Assembly: GCA_035578045.1 (NCBI GenBank)
Contig: DATJWP010000207.1
Coordinates: 84,745-148,744, forward strand
DNA: 64,000 bases
Direction of reading: 5' to 3'
Source: Polyangia bacterium
GTDB lineage: Bacteria > Myxococcota_A > Polyangia > Fen-1088
The translations under genes were made by a program, and so were the position numbers. The notes below the pieces were generated by a model that saw only the letters and a list, made by a program, of their open reading frames with translations, was not told the origin of the DNA and searched no databases. The first letter of the stretch is position 1. Each line of letters opens with the position of its first letter. Positions 25,791-34,780 of the stretch are shown piece after piece.

Positions 25791-26324
25791 ATGACGGAAA
25801 TGTCGTGGCGGGCGCGGTTGCTTCCGTTGGTCGGCGCTGCCGCACTTCTGACGCTCGCCGGGTGCTGCGGCAGCGGGTCGACTCACAAGTGCGACTTCAC
25901 GCCCGCGACCAGCGGCACGGACGCCGGGGCCTCGGATGGGGGCATCCCCTGCCCGAGCATGCCGTGCGTGCTTCCCCAGGTCTGCTGCGTGACCAAGGCG
26001 CCGGCCAACATCGCGTGCGTCGACGTGAAGGACTTCATGAACGATCACTGCGAGATGCTCAACACCAACTCGCCGCCGCCCTGCTCGGGACCCGGGGACT
26101 GCCTGAACGGGAACGTCTGCTGCTATCAAAGCACGGCGAACCTGATCAGTTGCCAGAAAGACATGGTTTGCCCCGGCGACGGCTCGGACAACTACGTGGT
26201 CTGCAGCATGGACTCGGATTGCCCGGCGACGACCTCGGGCTCCTGCATGATCTATGGGACCAACCCGGCGACCGGCCTGCCGTTCGGCTATTGCCGGCCC
26301 AGCGCGACGACAACCTCTCCTTGA
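25791..26324 (+). CDS. Small Cys-rich lipoprotein
   Basis: Lipobox LAGC; repeated C..QVCC / C..GNVCC / CSMDSDC modules. Confidence 0.8.
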   Translation: MTEMSWRARLLPLVGAAALLTLAGCCGSGSTHKCDFTPATSGTDAGASDGGIPCPSMPCVLPQVCCVTKAPANIACVDVKDFMNDHCEMLNTNSPPPCSGPGDCLNGNVCCYQSTANLISCQKDMVCPGDGSDNYVVCSMDSDCPATTSGSCMIYGTNPATGLPFGYCRPSATTTSP

Positions 26325-26343
26325 CGCGCTAGAAGAAGCCCGA

Positions 26344-29300
26344 ATGTCGACCGCGTCTTGCGTGGAGTGCGGTGCGCCGCTGCAAGAGCAGGCAAACTTC
26401 TGCGCAACCTGTGGCCAGGCGGTCCGGACGGGGCAGGGGCAGCGGCGCCACCTGACCCTGCTGTTCTGCGACCTGGTCGGGTGGACCTCGCTGTGCGAGC
26501 GGCGGGACCCGGAGGACCTGCACAGGCTGGCGACCGCGTACCGGCGGGTCTGCCGGGAGGCGATCAAGACCTATCAGGGGCACATCTCCGAGTTCCTGGG
26601 CGACGGCGTGATGTCGTACTTCGGTTATCCGCGGGCCAACGAGGACGACGCGGTCCTGGCCACGCGAGCCGGGTTGCGGATCGTCCACGAGCTGGCGGTG
26701 CTCAACCGGACGGTGGGGTGCGAGCTGGGCGCCGAGCTGCACGTCCGGGTCGGCCTGAACAGCGGCGAGGCGATCTTCGGCGGAGACGGCGGGCGCGAGC
26801 GGTTCGCCATCGGCGAGCCTGTGAACCTGGCCGCGCGGATCCAGCAGGTGGCGGAGGTCGACACGGTGGTGATCTCCGAGTCGACCGCGCGGCTCATCCA
26901 GGGTTACTTCGACCTGCGTCCGCTCGGCCCACAGCGGCTGAAGGGGTACGACCGGCAGGTCGCCGCCTTCCAGGTGGTGCGGCCCACGGGCGCGCGGAGC
27001 CGCTTCGAGGCCGCCGCTCGCCACAAGCTGACGCCCCACGTGGGGCGTCAGGCCGAGCTGGCCGCCCTGGCCGACCAGTGGACCCGCGTCGAGCGCGGCA
27101 CCAGCGTCGCGCTGCTGGTCCGGGGCGAGTCCGGGATCGGCAAGTCCCGGCTGCTGCACCAGCTCCGGCAGACCGGGCTCAACGAGCAGACCCTGGTGCT
27201 GGACTGCTTCTGCTCGCCGCTGACCCAGGCGACCGCGTTTGCCCCGGTCATCGACATGCTGCACGAGCAGCTGCGGCACTGGGCCCCGTCGGCGGGCGAC
27301 GGCGGGCCGGCCGAGCAGCTCCAGGTGCTGGCCAGCTTGCTGGTCGAGCAGTCGCAGGCCGACGCCGACGCCTTGCCGCTCATCGCCGCGCTGCTGGGGA
27401 TCGAGGGCGCGGACGACGCCCCCATCCGTGACCTGTCGCCGGTCCGGCGCCGCGCGCGGACGATGGAGATCCTGCGCGAGTGGATGGCCTGGGTGGCGCA
27501 GTTCCGTCCCCTGGCGCTGCTGGTCGAGGATCTGCACTGGGCCGATCCGTCGACGCTCGATTTCCTGACCATGCTGGTCGAGCGGCCGCCGGACGGGCGG
27601 ACGCTGGTGTGCATGACCGCTCGCCCCGAGTTCCCCGTCCCCTGGGACCTGAAGGCCGTGGGGATCGTCGAGCTGGCCCGGCTGAGCCCGGGCGAGGTCG
27701 ACCAGATGGTCACGCACGTGGCCGGCGGCCTGGCGCTGCCGTCGGCGGTGGCCCGGCAGATCGCCGATCGCAGCGAGGGGGTGCCGCTGTTCGTCGAGGA
27801 GGTGACCAAGGCGGTGCTCGAGTCGGGGGCCTTGCGGAAGGACGCCGCCGGCTACCAGCTGGCCGGCCCGCTGGACGACCGCCAGCTGCCCGCCACCGTC
27901 AAGGAGTCGCTGATCGCGCGGTTCGACCGTCTGGGGGATGCCTTGCCGCTGGCCCAGCTGGGCGCCGCCATCGGTCGCGAGTTCAGCTACGCGCTGATCC
28001 GCGCGGTGGCCGGGCTGCCGGACGACGAGCTGGCGGGGAAGCTGCAACGGTTGAGCTCCAGCGAGCTGGTGTTCGTGGACGGCACGCCGCCGGCGGCGAC
28101 CTACATGTTCAAGCACGCGCTGATCCAGGAGACGCTCTACGGGACGGTCCTCCGGTGCGAGCGCCGCGCGATGCACGAGCGCATCTTCACGACGCTCGCC
28201 GCCGCGTTTCCAGAGCTGGTCGCCGCCCGGCCAGAGATGGCGGCCTATCACGCGGAACAGGCGAACCGGCCCGAGGCGGCCATTCCCCTGCTGCAGAGGG
28301 CGGGCATACGCGCGCTCGATCGCAAGGCGGTGGCCGAGGCGGTGAAGCACCTGGCGCACGGGGTGTCGTTGCTCGACGTCCTGCAGGAGCCCGAGCGGAC
28401 CTCGGCGGAGATCGAGTTCCAGGCGGCCCTCGGCCCCGCCTACATGGCGACCCGCGGGTGGGCTGCGCCCGAGGTCCAGACCTCCAGCGCGCGGCTGCGT
28501 GACCTGGCGGCCGCCCGGGGCGACGGCCCGCGGCTCTTCCAGGCGATCTGGAGCCTCTGGACCGTCGAATTCCTGCGGGCCCGACTGGGTCCCGCGTTGC
28601 GGGTGGCCCAGCAGGTGCTGAACCGGGCCAACGCCACGGGTGACCCGATGCTGCGCACCGTGGGGCACCACGCCGTCGGCTACACGCACTTCTATCGCGG
28701 CGAGTACGACGCGGCCCTCCGGCACGCCGAGGAAGGGCTGGCCCTGTTCGATCTTCAGCGCGAGCTGGCCCTGGGGGCGATCTTCCAGTTCTGCTCCAGC
28801 GTGGCCTTGCTCTGCTTCCGGACCGAGGCGTTGCAGGTGCTGGGCCGACCCGATGAAGCGACGCGAAGCCTGGGCGAGTGGCGGGCCATGCTGGCGCTGC
28901 TGCGCCACGCGCCGTCGCGCGCCTACTCGCTCACCCAGCAGTGCTTCTACTTTCATGGCCACGGCGACCACCAGACGGTCCGGCAGCTGGCCGAGCAGGC
29001 GCACGCGATCTCGTTGGCCGAGGGGTACGAGCTCTGGGTCCCCATCACCGAGACGTTCCTGGCGTGGGCGGACGCGAAGCAGGGCCGGAACGCCGGTGAC
29101 GCCGCCGCCGCCGTCGAGCGGATCAAGGTCGCCAAGCAGCGGATCGACTCCAGCTTGACCCACATCATCGAGGTCGAGCTGGTCTCGATGCACGCCGAGA
29201 CGCTGCTGCTGGCCGGTCGCCCCGGCGAGGTCGACGGGGTCGTCGTGCCCGCCCTGGAGCTGGCCGCGCAGAACAGCATGGGGCACTACGTGCCCGAGCT

Positions 29301-29457
29301 GTTCCGGCTGCAAGGTGAAGCGGCGCGCGCCCAGGGCGACTGGCACCGTGCCGCCGGCCTGTACCACGCGGCGGTCGAGGCCTCTCGTCTGGTCGGCGCC
29401 CGGGGGCTGGAGACGCGCGCTCTGCAGGCGCTGCAGAGCGGTCCCGCCCAAGCCTGA
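26344..29457 (+). CDS. Class III nucleotide cyclase with zinc ribbon, STAND-type AAA ATPase and TPR domain
   Basis: CVECG..FCATCG; LFCDLVG, FLGDG, VNLAARIQ; Walker A GESGIGKS; Walker B LLVEDLHWAD; FKHALIQE; helical C-terminus. Confidence 0.93.
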   Translation: MSTASCVECGAPLQEQANFCATCGQAVRTGQGQRRHLTLLFCDLVGWTSLCERRDPEDLHRLATAYRRVCREAIKTYQGHISEFLGDGVMSYFGYPRANEDDAVLATRAGLRIVHELAVLNRTVGCELGAELHVRVGLNSGEAIFGGDGGRERFAIGEPVNLAARIQQVAEVDTVVISESTARLIQGYFDLRPLGPQRLKGYDRQVAAFQVVRPTGARSRFEAAARHKLTPHVGRQAELAALADQWTRVERGTSVALLVRGESGIGKSRLLHQLRQTGLNEQTLVLDCFCSPLTQATAFAPVIDMLHEQLRHWAPSAGDGGPAEQLQVLASLLVEQSQADADALPLIAALLGIEGADDAPIRDLSPVRRRARTMEILREWMAWVAQFRPLALLVEDLHWADPSTLDFLTMLVERPPDGRTLVCMTARPEFPVPWDLKAVGIVELARLSPGEVDQMVTHVAGGLALPSAVARQIADRSEGVPLFVEEVTKAVLESGALRKDAAGYQLAGPLDDRQLPATVKESLIARFDRLGDALPLAQLGAAIGREFSYALIRAVAGLPDDELAGKLQRLSSSELVFVDGTPPAATYMFKHALIQETLYGTVLRCERRAMHERIFTTLAAAFPELVAARPEMAAYHAEQANRPEAAIPLLQRAGIRALDRKAVAEAVKHLAHGVSLLDVLQEPERTSAEIEFQAALGPAYMATRGWAAPEVQTSSARLRDLAAARGDGPRLFQAIWSLWTVEFLRARLGPALRVAQQVLNRANATGDPMLRTVGHHAVGYTHFYRGEYDAALRHAEEGLALFDLQRELALGAIFQFCSSVALLCFRTEALQVLGRPDEATRSLGEWRAMLALLRHAPSRAYSLTQQCFYFHGHGDHQTVRQLAEQAHAISLAEGYELWVPITETFLAWADAKQGRNAGDAAAAVERIKVAKQRIDSSLTHIIEVELVSMHAETLLLAGRPGEVDGVVVPALELAAQNSMGHYVPELFRLQGEAARAQGDWHRAAGLYHAAVEASRLVGARGLETRALQALQSGPAQA

Positions 29458-29460
29458 ACG

Positions 29461-30156
29461 TCAATCGCCGGCGGCGGCTGCTTTCAGCTTGGCCGGCGCC
29501 ATGACGACCAGGTGCCCCGACTCGCGCACCACGATCCCGTCCTTCTGCAGCTGGCGCAGGTGCTTGTTGACGCTCTCCCGCGTCACGCCCAGGCGGCGCG
29601 CCAGCTCTTCCTGCGAGAACTTCTGTCCGATGCGCACGCGGGTCGGCCCGACCGGCTGGCCGTGCACCGTCGAGAGGGTGAACAGGTACTTGGCCAGTCG
29701 GGCCCGCAGCGACAGGCCGGCCAGATCGTCGGCGTAGGTCGTGAGCAGGCGGAGGCGTGTCGCCAGGACGCCCAGCAACGAGAGCGCGATGGCCGGCCGA
29801 TCTCCGATCAGCTGGACGAACGGCGCGCGATCGATCCCGACCAGGTCGGTCTTGGTCAGGGCCTTCACGGTCGCGGAGCGCAGGCCGCCGTCCAGCAGCG
29901 AAACCTCGCCGATGATCTCGCCGGCGCCGATCTCGCGGATGACCAGCGGTTCGCCGTTTCGCCCGATCGTCGACACACTGGCCCGGCCGCGGACGATCAG
30001 ATAGACGGCGTCGGCCGCGGTGTCCTGCTGGACGATGTCCTCGCCCGGACCGCACCGGCGCTGGCGCGCCAGCCCGGCCAGCGCCTTCAACGCCGGCGCG
30101 TCGAGCCCGCGGAACAGAGGAATCATCCTCAGCACCGCGACGTCGACGGCAGGCAC
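29461..30156 (-). CDS. Crp/Fnr-family transcriptional regulator
   Basis: cNMP cassette GEVSLLDGGLRSATV; HTH SQEELARRLGVTRESVNKHL. Confidence 0.93.
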   Translation of the reverse strand: MPAVDVAVLRMIPLFRGLDAPALKALAGLARQRRCGPGEDIVQQDTAADAVYLIVRGRASVSTIGRNGEPLVIREIGAGEIIGEVSLLDGGLRSATVKALTKTDLVGIDRAPFVQLIGDRPAIALSLLGVLATRLRLLTTYADDLAGLSLRARLAKYLFTLSTVHGQPVGPTRVRIGQKFSQEELARRLGVTRESVNKHLRQLQKDGIVVRESGHLVVMAPAKLKAAAAGD

Positions 30157-30197
30157 GCCGTGATGGTGTCACGCGTCGTCGCAAAAAGCGACAAAGG

Positions 30198-30213
30198 TGT
30201 GAAGCAGTTCATA
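30198..30213. promoter_or_regulatory. CRP-box-like operator
   Basis: TGTGA-AGCAGT-TCATA, a 9/10 match to TGTGA-N6-TCACA, in the divergent Crp/ECF intergenic region. Confidence 0.55.
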
Positions 30214-30267
30214 CCAGACCCCACGACGTCGGATTAGTTGTGGACGGCGGCCAAGGGCGGCGGAGAA

Positions 30268-30813
30268 ATGACCAGCAAACAAACGGACGTGGCGGCAATT
30301 GATCCCAAAGAATTCGCTTCCTGGCTGACGGTTCTGCAACCGGACCTGTTTCGTTTCGCTGCCCGGATGACGTTCGTGCCGGCGGACGCGGCCGATCTGG
30401 TGCAAGGGACCAGCGTGCGCGCGCTCGAGAAGCGCCGGTTGTTCGCCGGAAACGCCCCCAATGATCTGCGCCGCTGGCTTTACCGGATGATGGTCAATCT
30501 TCATTGCGATCATGTTCGGCGGCGCGGGCGCGAAGTTGCGGGCGGTCGAATCGACGAGATCCCGGCCAGGTTCGAGCCGGTTCCGTTCTGGGCCACCATC
30601 GACGACGCCGAGGTGATGGCCGCCGTGGCGGGCTTGCAACCGCGGCTGCGCACCGCCTACCAGCTCTACGCGCTCGATCGTTGCTCGTACGCCAGCATCT
30701 CGTCGCGCCTGCACATTCCCGTCCGCACGGTCGCCAGCCGCATCCACCGCGCGCGCTCGCGCCTGCGCGAGACCCTGACCAGGGATCGGGTCGAGTTCCA
30801 GCCCGACGCCTAA
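30268..30813 (+). CDS. ECF-type sigma-70 factor
   Basis: GGAG upstream of ATG; DAADLVQGT, WLYRMMVN, SYASISSRLHIPVRTVASRIHRAR. Confidence 0.9.
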   Translation: MTSKQTDVAAIDPKEFASWLTVLQPDLFRFAARMTFVPADAADLVQGTSVRALEKRRLFAGNAPNDLRRWLYRMMVNLHCDHVRRRGREVAGGRIDEIPARFEPVPFWATIDDAEVMAAVAGLQPRLRTAYQLYALDRCSYASISSRLHIPVRTVASRIHRARSRLRETLTRDRVEFQPDA

Positions 30814-32288
30814 CGCCGGCCCAGCACGGGCGGCGCGGAGGCCTCGGGCGCGGCGGGCGAGATCGGCTTCGCGCCGACGATGTCGGCCAGGGAGAGGCCG
30901 TGCTCGCCGGGCTGCGGCCCGAGTCGGTCGGCCAGGTCGGTGGCTGCTTGCAAGAGATCGGCGCGGGTGGTCGCGGTCCGGGCCAGCGCGCGCCGCATCC
31001 GGCGCAGGCTGTCGGCGGCCTGGCGAGAGCCGGTTCCGGCGTGACGGGCTTGCTGGTAGGCGGCGCTGGCGCAGGCGTCGGCCCGCAAGCCGTCGAGCAG
31101 CCGGGCCGACTCGGCCTGCGCCTCGGCGTCGAGCGTCGCGCGGTCGCGCTCCTCCAGGCCCTGCGCGGAACCGAGCCAGACCCGCCCGATCCGGCCGAAG
31201 GCCGGGTCGGCGCCGGGCGCCAGGTCCTCGATCACCAGCGCGGGATCGGCGTTCTGCGGGAAGTCCTTGCCGAACAGCGCGAAGAGCAGGCTGTCGTCGC
31301 GCCCGGGGCGGACCAGCCCCAGCTGGGCGCCGAACGGGAAGAGCAGCTCGCCGCCGACGTCCAGCGTGCCGCGCAGCAGCCGGCGCGCGCTGGCGTCCAG
31401 GGCGACGTCGTCGTCCTGCCGCGAGCGCGAGGTGCGCTTGAGCGTCGCCAGCAGGTCGCGGATCTGGTCGATGCCGACCACCACGTTCAGCGCGCTCCCC
31501 TCGCTGTACCCGGCGTGGTAGATGCCGACCAGCTCGTACTCACCGGTCGCGCAGGAGACGGCCAGGACCGGCGAGCCCGAGTTGCCGTGCGACAGCAGGG
31601 CGTCGATCACGAAGTCGTCGTGGTCCCAGTCGCCGAACTCGTCGTGGTCGTGGGCGGAGATCACGGTCCCGGCGTTGGTGGCGCGGAAGGCGCCCAGCGG
31701 GAACCCACGCACCTCGACGACGTTCCGCTCGCGCAGGCGCGCGTCGTGACCAATCTTCCAGGGCATCACGTGCAGCTCGGCCGTGGTCTTCAGCACCGCC
31801 ACGTCGAGCCGTGGATCGGTGACGACCCGCGCCACGGGGATGTCGTCGCGCCCGTAGCTGTCGTGCTCGTCGTCGACCAGCGCCAGCGTCTCGCCGATCT
31901 TCTTGCAACCGGCCGGTACGCCGTCGACGGCGTGCTGCGGGTCGGTGACCTCGGGCCAGGCGGCGACGTGGTCGTTGGTGAGCAGCAGGGTGTCGGGGCC
32001 CTGTCGCTTGTAAGCGAACGCCGTTCCGTGGAGCACGGCGGTCCGCCGCTCGTGCCGGACCGCCCCGTCCGCGCTGTACGACAGACACTCGTATGTCGCC
32101 GTGTTCCGCACGCAGTAGGAGAACGCGGACTGCGGCTGGCGATCGAACTCGCGCGACTGGGGCGACAGCGCGCTGAAGTCGTCCGCGTAGGTGCCCGAGC
32201 ACAACGGCGGCGGGAGGTCTGCCGGCGCCGCCTGCCCGGCGCGAACCACGGCGAGGGTCGCGATCGTGACGAGTCCCAGCGCGCGCAT
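30810..32288 (-). CDS. Secreted trypsin-like (S1) serine protease with C-terminal extension
   Basis: Signal peptide; catalytic triad motifs LLTNDHV, LDVAVL, GNSGSP. Confidence 0.88.
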   Translation of the reverse strand: MRALGLVTIATLAVVRAGQAAPADLPPPLCSGTYADDFSALSPQSREFDRQPQSAFSYCVRNTATYECLSYSADGAVRHERRTAVLHGTAFAYKRQGPDTLLLTNDHVAAWPEVTDPQHAVDGVPAGCKKIGETLALVDDEHDSYGRDDIPVARVVTDPRLDVAVLKTTAELHVMPWKIGHDARLRERNVVEVRGFPLGAFRATNAGTVISAHDHDEFGDWDHDDFVIDALLSHGNSGSPVLAVSCATGEYELVGIYHAGYSEGSALNVVVGIDQIRDLLATLKRTSRSRQDDDVALDASARRLLRGTLDVGGELLFPFGAQLGLVRPGRDDSLLFALFGKDFPQNADPALVIEDLAPGADPAFGRIGRVWLGSAQGLEERDRATLDAEAQAESARLLDGLRADACASAAYQQARHAGTGSRQAADSLRRMRRALARTATTRADLLQAATDLADRLGPQPGEHGLSLADIVGAKPISPAAPEASAPPVLGRR

Positions 32289-32409
32289 GCCCCCAGCGCG
32301 TGCACGGCGCGTTCCACGGCTGGCCCGCGCCGCGCGCGGCTCTGGCAGCGGTCGCTGGTCGAAAAACGCGCGGTCGCGACCGACCGCGCGCGATTTCGTT
32401 ACGGTCGAA

Positions 32410-34620
32410 TCAGATGCGGCTGTTCGGGACGCCCGTCACGTCCGACCGCTTCACGCCGGCCCGCAGGCCCACGTAGTCGGCCAGCACGTGGAGCGCCTCG
32501 TCCAGCACCAGCTGATCGGCCGGCGTCTGCTCGCCGGTCTCACCTTCCAGCTCGGCGGCCGGACCACGGCGCGCCTCGTGGCGGGCGTTCTTGGGCGCCG
32601 GCAGCGCGGCGACCGGCTGGGGCAGGCCGGGGCGGCCGGCGTCCTTGACCGTGATCTCGTACGCAGGCACCCCGTCGGTGTCGCGGCGCGCCTGGGCCGC
32701 GATGGCCTGTTCCAGCTGCTTCTGCTCGACCACTTCGCGCCGTCGCTCGGCCTCGTTCAACGAGATCGTCCCGCTGGCCAGGCGCGTCCGCAGCCGATCG
32801 GCCTCGCGCCGGAGGTCGGCGAACGCCGGATCGCTGGCGGTCCGCCGCGCCGAGGCGGTGCGCAGCGCGGGCAGGTAGGGCTCGACCAGGCCCATCCGGT
32901 CGTATTGTGCCGAGGGCACGGTGTCCCAGGGGAGCGGATCGGCCAGCTTGGACTCGCCGATTGGCGCGGCCTCGGTGGGCGATGGGATGAGCAGGTCCGA
33001 CGAGACGCCCCGCAGCTCGGTCGAGGCGCCGCTCGGCCGGTAGAACTTGCTGATCGTGAGCTTGAGCGCGCCCGGATCGAAGGAGTGCCCCAGCCCCGCG
33101 CGATCCATGATGCCCGCCAGCGGCAGGATGGTCTGGACCGTCCCCTTTCCGAAGGTCGCGGTGTCGCCCACGATCGGCGCGCGCCCGTAGTCCTGCAGCG
33201 CTCCCGCCAGGATCTCGGAGGCCGACGCGCTCAGCCGACTGGCCAGCACCACCAGGGGGCCGGCGTAGCGGACGGATGCGTCGCGGTCGGCGCCGACCTC
33301 GACGGAGCCGCTGGAGTCGCGCGTCTGCACGACCGGACCCTTGCGGATGAAGAGCCCCGTCATGTCGATGGCCTCCTGCAGCGACCCGCCGCCGTTGCGG
33401 CGCAGGTCCAGCACGATGCCGCGCACCTGCTCCGCCTTGAGCTTGTCGAGCAGCCGCCCGACGTCGGCGGTCGCGCCGCTGCCGCCCCCGTCGTCCCGGC
33501 CGGAGTAGAACGACGGGAGATCGATCACCCCGACGCGCAGGGGCGTCGAGCCCGGCTGGGGCAGATCGATGATCCGGGCCTTGGCCTGCTGGTCGGCCAG
33601 CTTGACCTCGGCCCGCACCAGGCGGACGGTCCGCTCGGCGCCCGCCTCGCCGACCGGCGGCTGAACGGTGAGCGTCACCGGCGATCCCTTGGGGCCGCGG
33701 ATCAGCTCGACGATCCGGGTGAGCGGCATCGCCGAGACATCGACCGGCGCGCCGACGCCCTGCGCGACCGCGACGATCCGATCGCCAGGTTTCAGCGCGC
33801 CGCTCAGCGCGGCCGGACCGCCGGGGACCAGCTCATGGATCGTGCAGGCCCCGTCCTCGTTGGCCAGGGTCGCGCCGACGCCGAACAGCGACAGGTTCAT
33901 CGCGATGGTCAGCGACTCCATCGATTCCTTGCCCAGGTAGTCGGAGTGCGGGTCGTAGACGTGGGCCAGCGCGTCCAGGTACATCTCGAGCACGTCGTCG
34001 TCGCCCAGCGCGCTGACCGTCTTCAGCTGCTGCGCGTGCCGCTTGGTGAGCATGGCGGTCAGGTCCGCCACGGGCTTGTCGCCCAGCCGTTCCTGCAGCA
34101 CCTCGGCCCGCAGCTCCTGTCCCCACAGCTCGTGCGCCGCCGCCAGATCGCGCGGCCATTCGGCGTGCTGGCGGTCGAAGGCGAAGCGGTCGTGTCCGGA
34201 GAAGTCGAACTTGCCTTCCTTGAGCAGCTGCGTGTCGTACGCGACCTTCTGGCGCAGCCGCTCGAGGTAGCGGGCGAAGATCCGGTGCGCCGGGCGCGTG
34301 TCCCCTTCGGCGCGGATCGACTCGGCCAGCGTGGCACGGATAGCGCCCAGCTCCTCGATGTCCGATTTCAGGAACACCGAATGGCTGTTGTCCAGCGCCT
34401 CCAGGTAACGATCCAGCAGCTTGCCCGCCAGCTGCTGGTCCAGCGGATGGTGAGCGAGCTGTGACTGAGCCAGCAGGCTGGTCGTGATTCGAGCGATGTT
34501 CGCTTCTGTCGCGGGGGCGTCGACGGGGGGCGCCGGCCGCGCGACCGCGAACGAAGAGGCCGCCAGGGCCAGGATGGAAAGCGAGAAGACCCATGTACGA
34601 AAGCTGGGGCGCGACTTCAT
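32410..34620 (-). CDS. prc: Carboxy-terminal processing (tail-specific) protease, Prc/Tsp type
   Basis: YDPHSDY, PDZ (GVGATL), DLRRNGGGSL, SASASEI, TFGKGTVQ, KFYRPSGAST, GESKLADPLPWD. Confidence 0.92.
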   Translation of the reverse strand: MKSRPSFRTWVFSLSILALAASSFAVARPAPPVDAPATEANIARITTSLLAQSQLAHHPLDQQLAGKLLDRYLEALDNSHSVFLKSDIEELGAIRATLAESIRAEGDTRPAHRIFARYLERLRQKVAYDTQLLKEGKFDFSGHDRFAFDRQHAEWPRDLAAAHELWGQELRAEVLQERLGDKPVADLTAMLTKRHAQQLKTVSALGDDDVLEMYLDALAHVYDPHSDYLGKESMESLTIAMNLSLFGVGATLANEDGACTIHELVPGGPAALSGALKPGDRIVAVAQGVGAPVDVSAMPLTRIVELIRGPKGSPVTLTVQPPVGEAGAERTVRLVRAEVKLADQQAKARIIDLPQPGSTPLRVGVIDLPSFYSGRDDGGGSGATADVGRLLDKLKAEQVRGIVLDLRRNGGGSLQEAIDMTGLFIRKGPVVQTRDSSGSVEVGADRDASVRYAGPLVVLASRLSASASEILAGALQDYGRAPIVGDTATFGKGTVQTILPLAGIMDRAGLGHSFDPGALKLTISKFYRPSGASTELRGVSSDLLIPSPTEAAPIGESKLADPLPWDTVPSAQYDRMGLVEPYLPALRTASARRTASDPAFADLRREADRLRTRLASGTISLNEAERRREVVEQKQLEQAIAAQARRDTDGVPAYEITVKDAGRPGLPQPVAALPAPKNARHEARRGPAAELEGETGEQTPADQLVLDEALHVLADYVGLRAGVKRSDVTGVPNSRI

Positions 34621-34780
34621 CCCCTCGATTGTGAATCGAAAACGGCTGATCTGCTCCCCCAGGTGTGTGGTTGTGGTTGTAATCACGCTCCTGGCACCTC
34701 GGCCGCTGCATCGGTCCAGCCCTGCATGACGAACGTTCAGCCTGGCGATCGCGCCTGGCGCGCGCCACACCAGTCATGTC

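Noticed and set aside
26329-29451. 1040-aa antisense ORF opposite the cyclase, and many other long shadow ORFs (e.g. 20452..23163 upstream part, 44787..47342, 30504..32648)
   Set aside because: Expected from high GC and codon bias; the translations are Arg/Pro/Gly-rich or mirror the real gene and lack motifs.
26344-30156. Pycsar/CBASS immune system
   Set aside because: The architecture is the common cyclase-AAA-TPR type, and the partner is a DNA-binding Crp rather than a TM or TIR effector.
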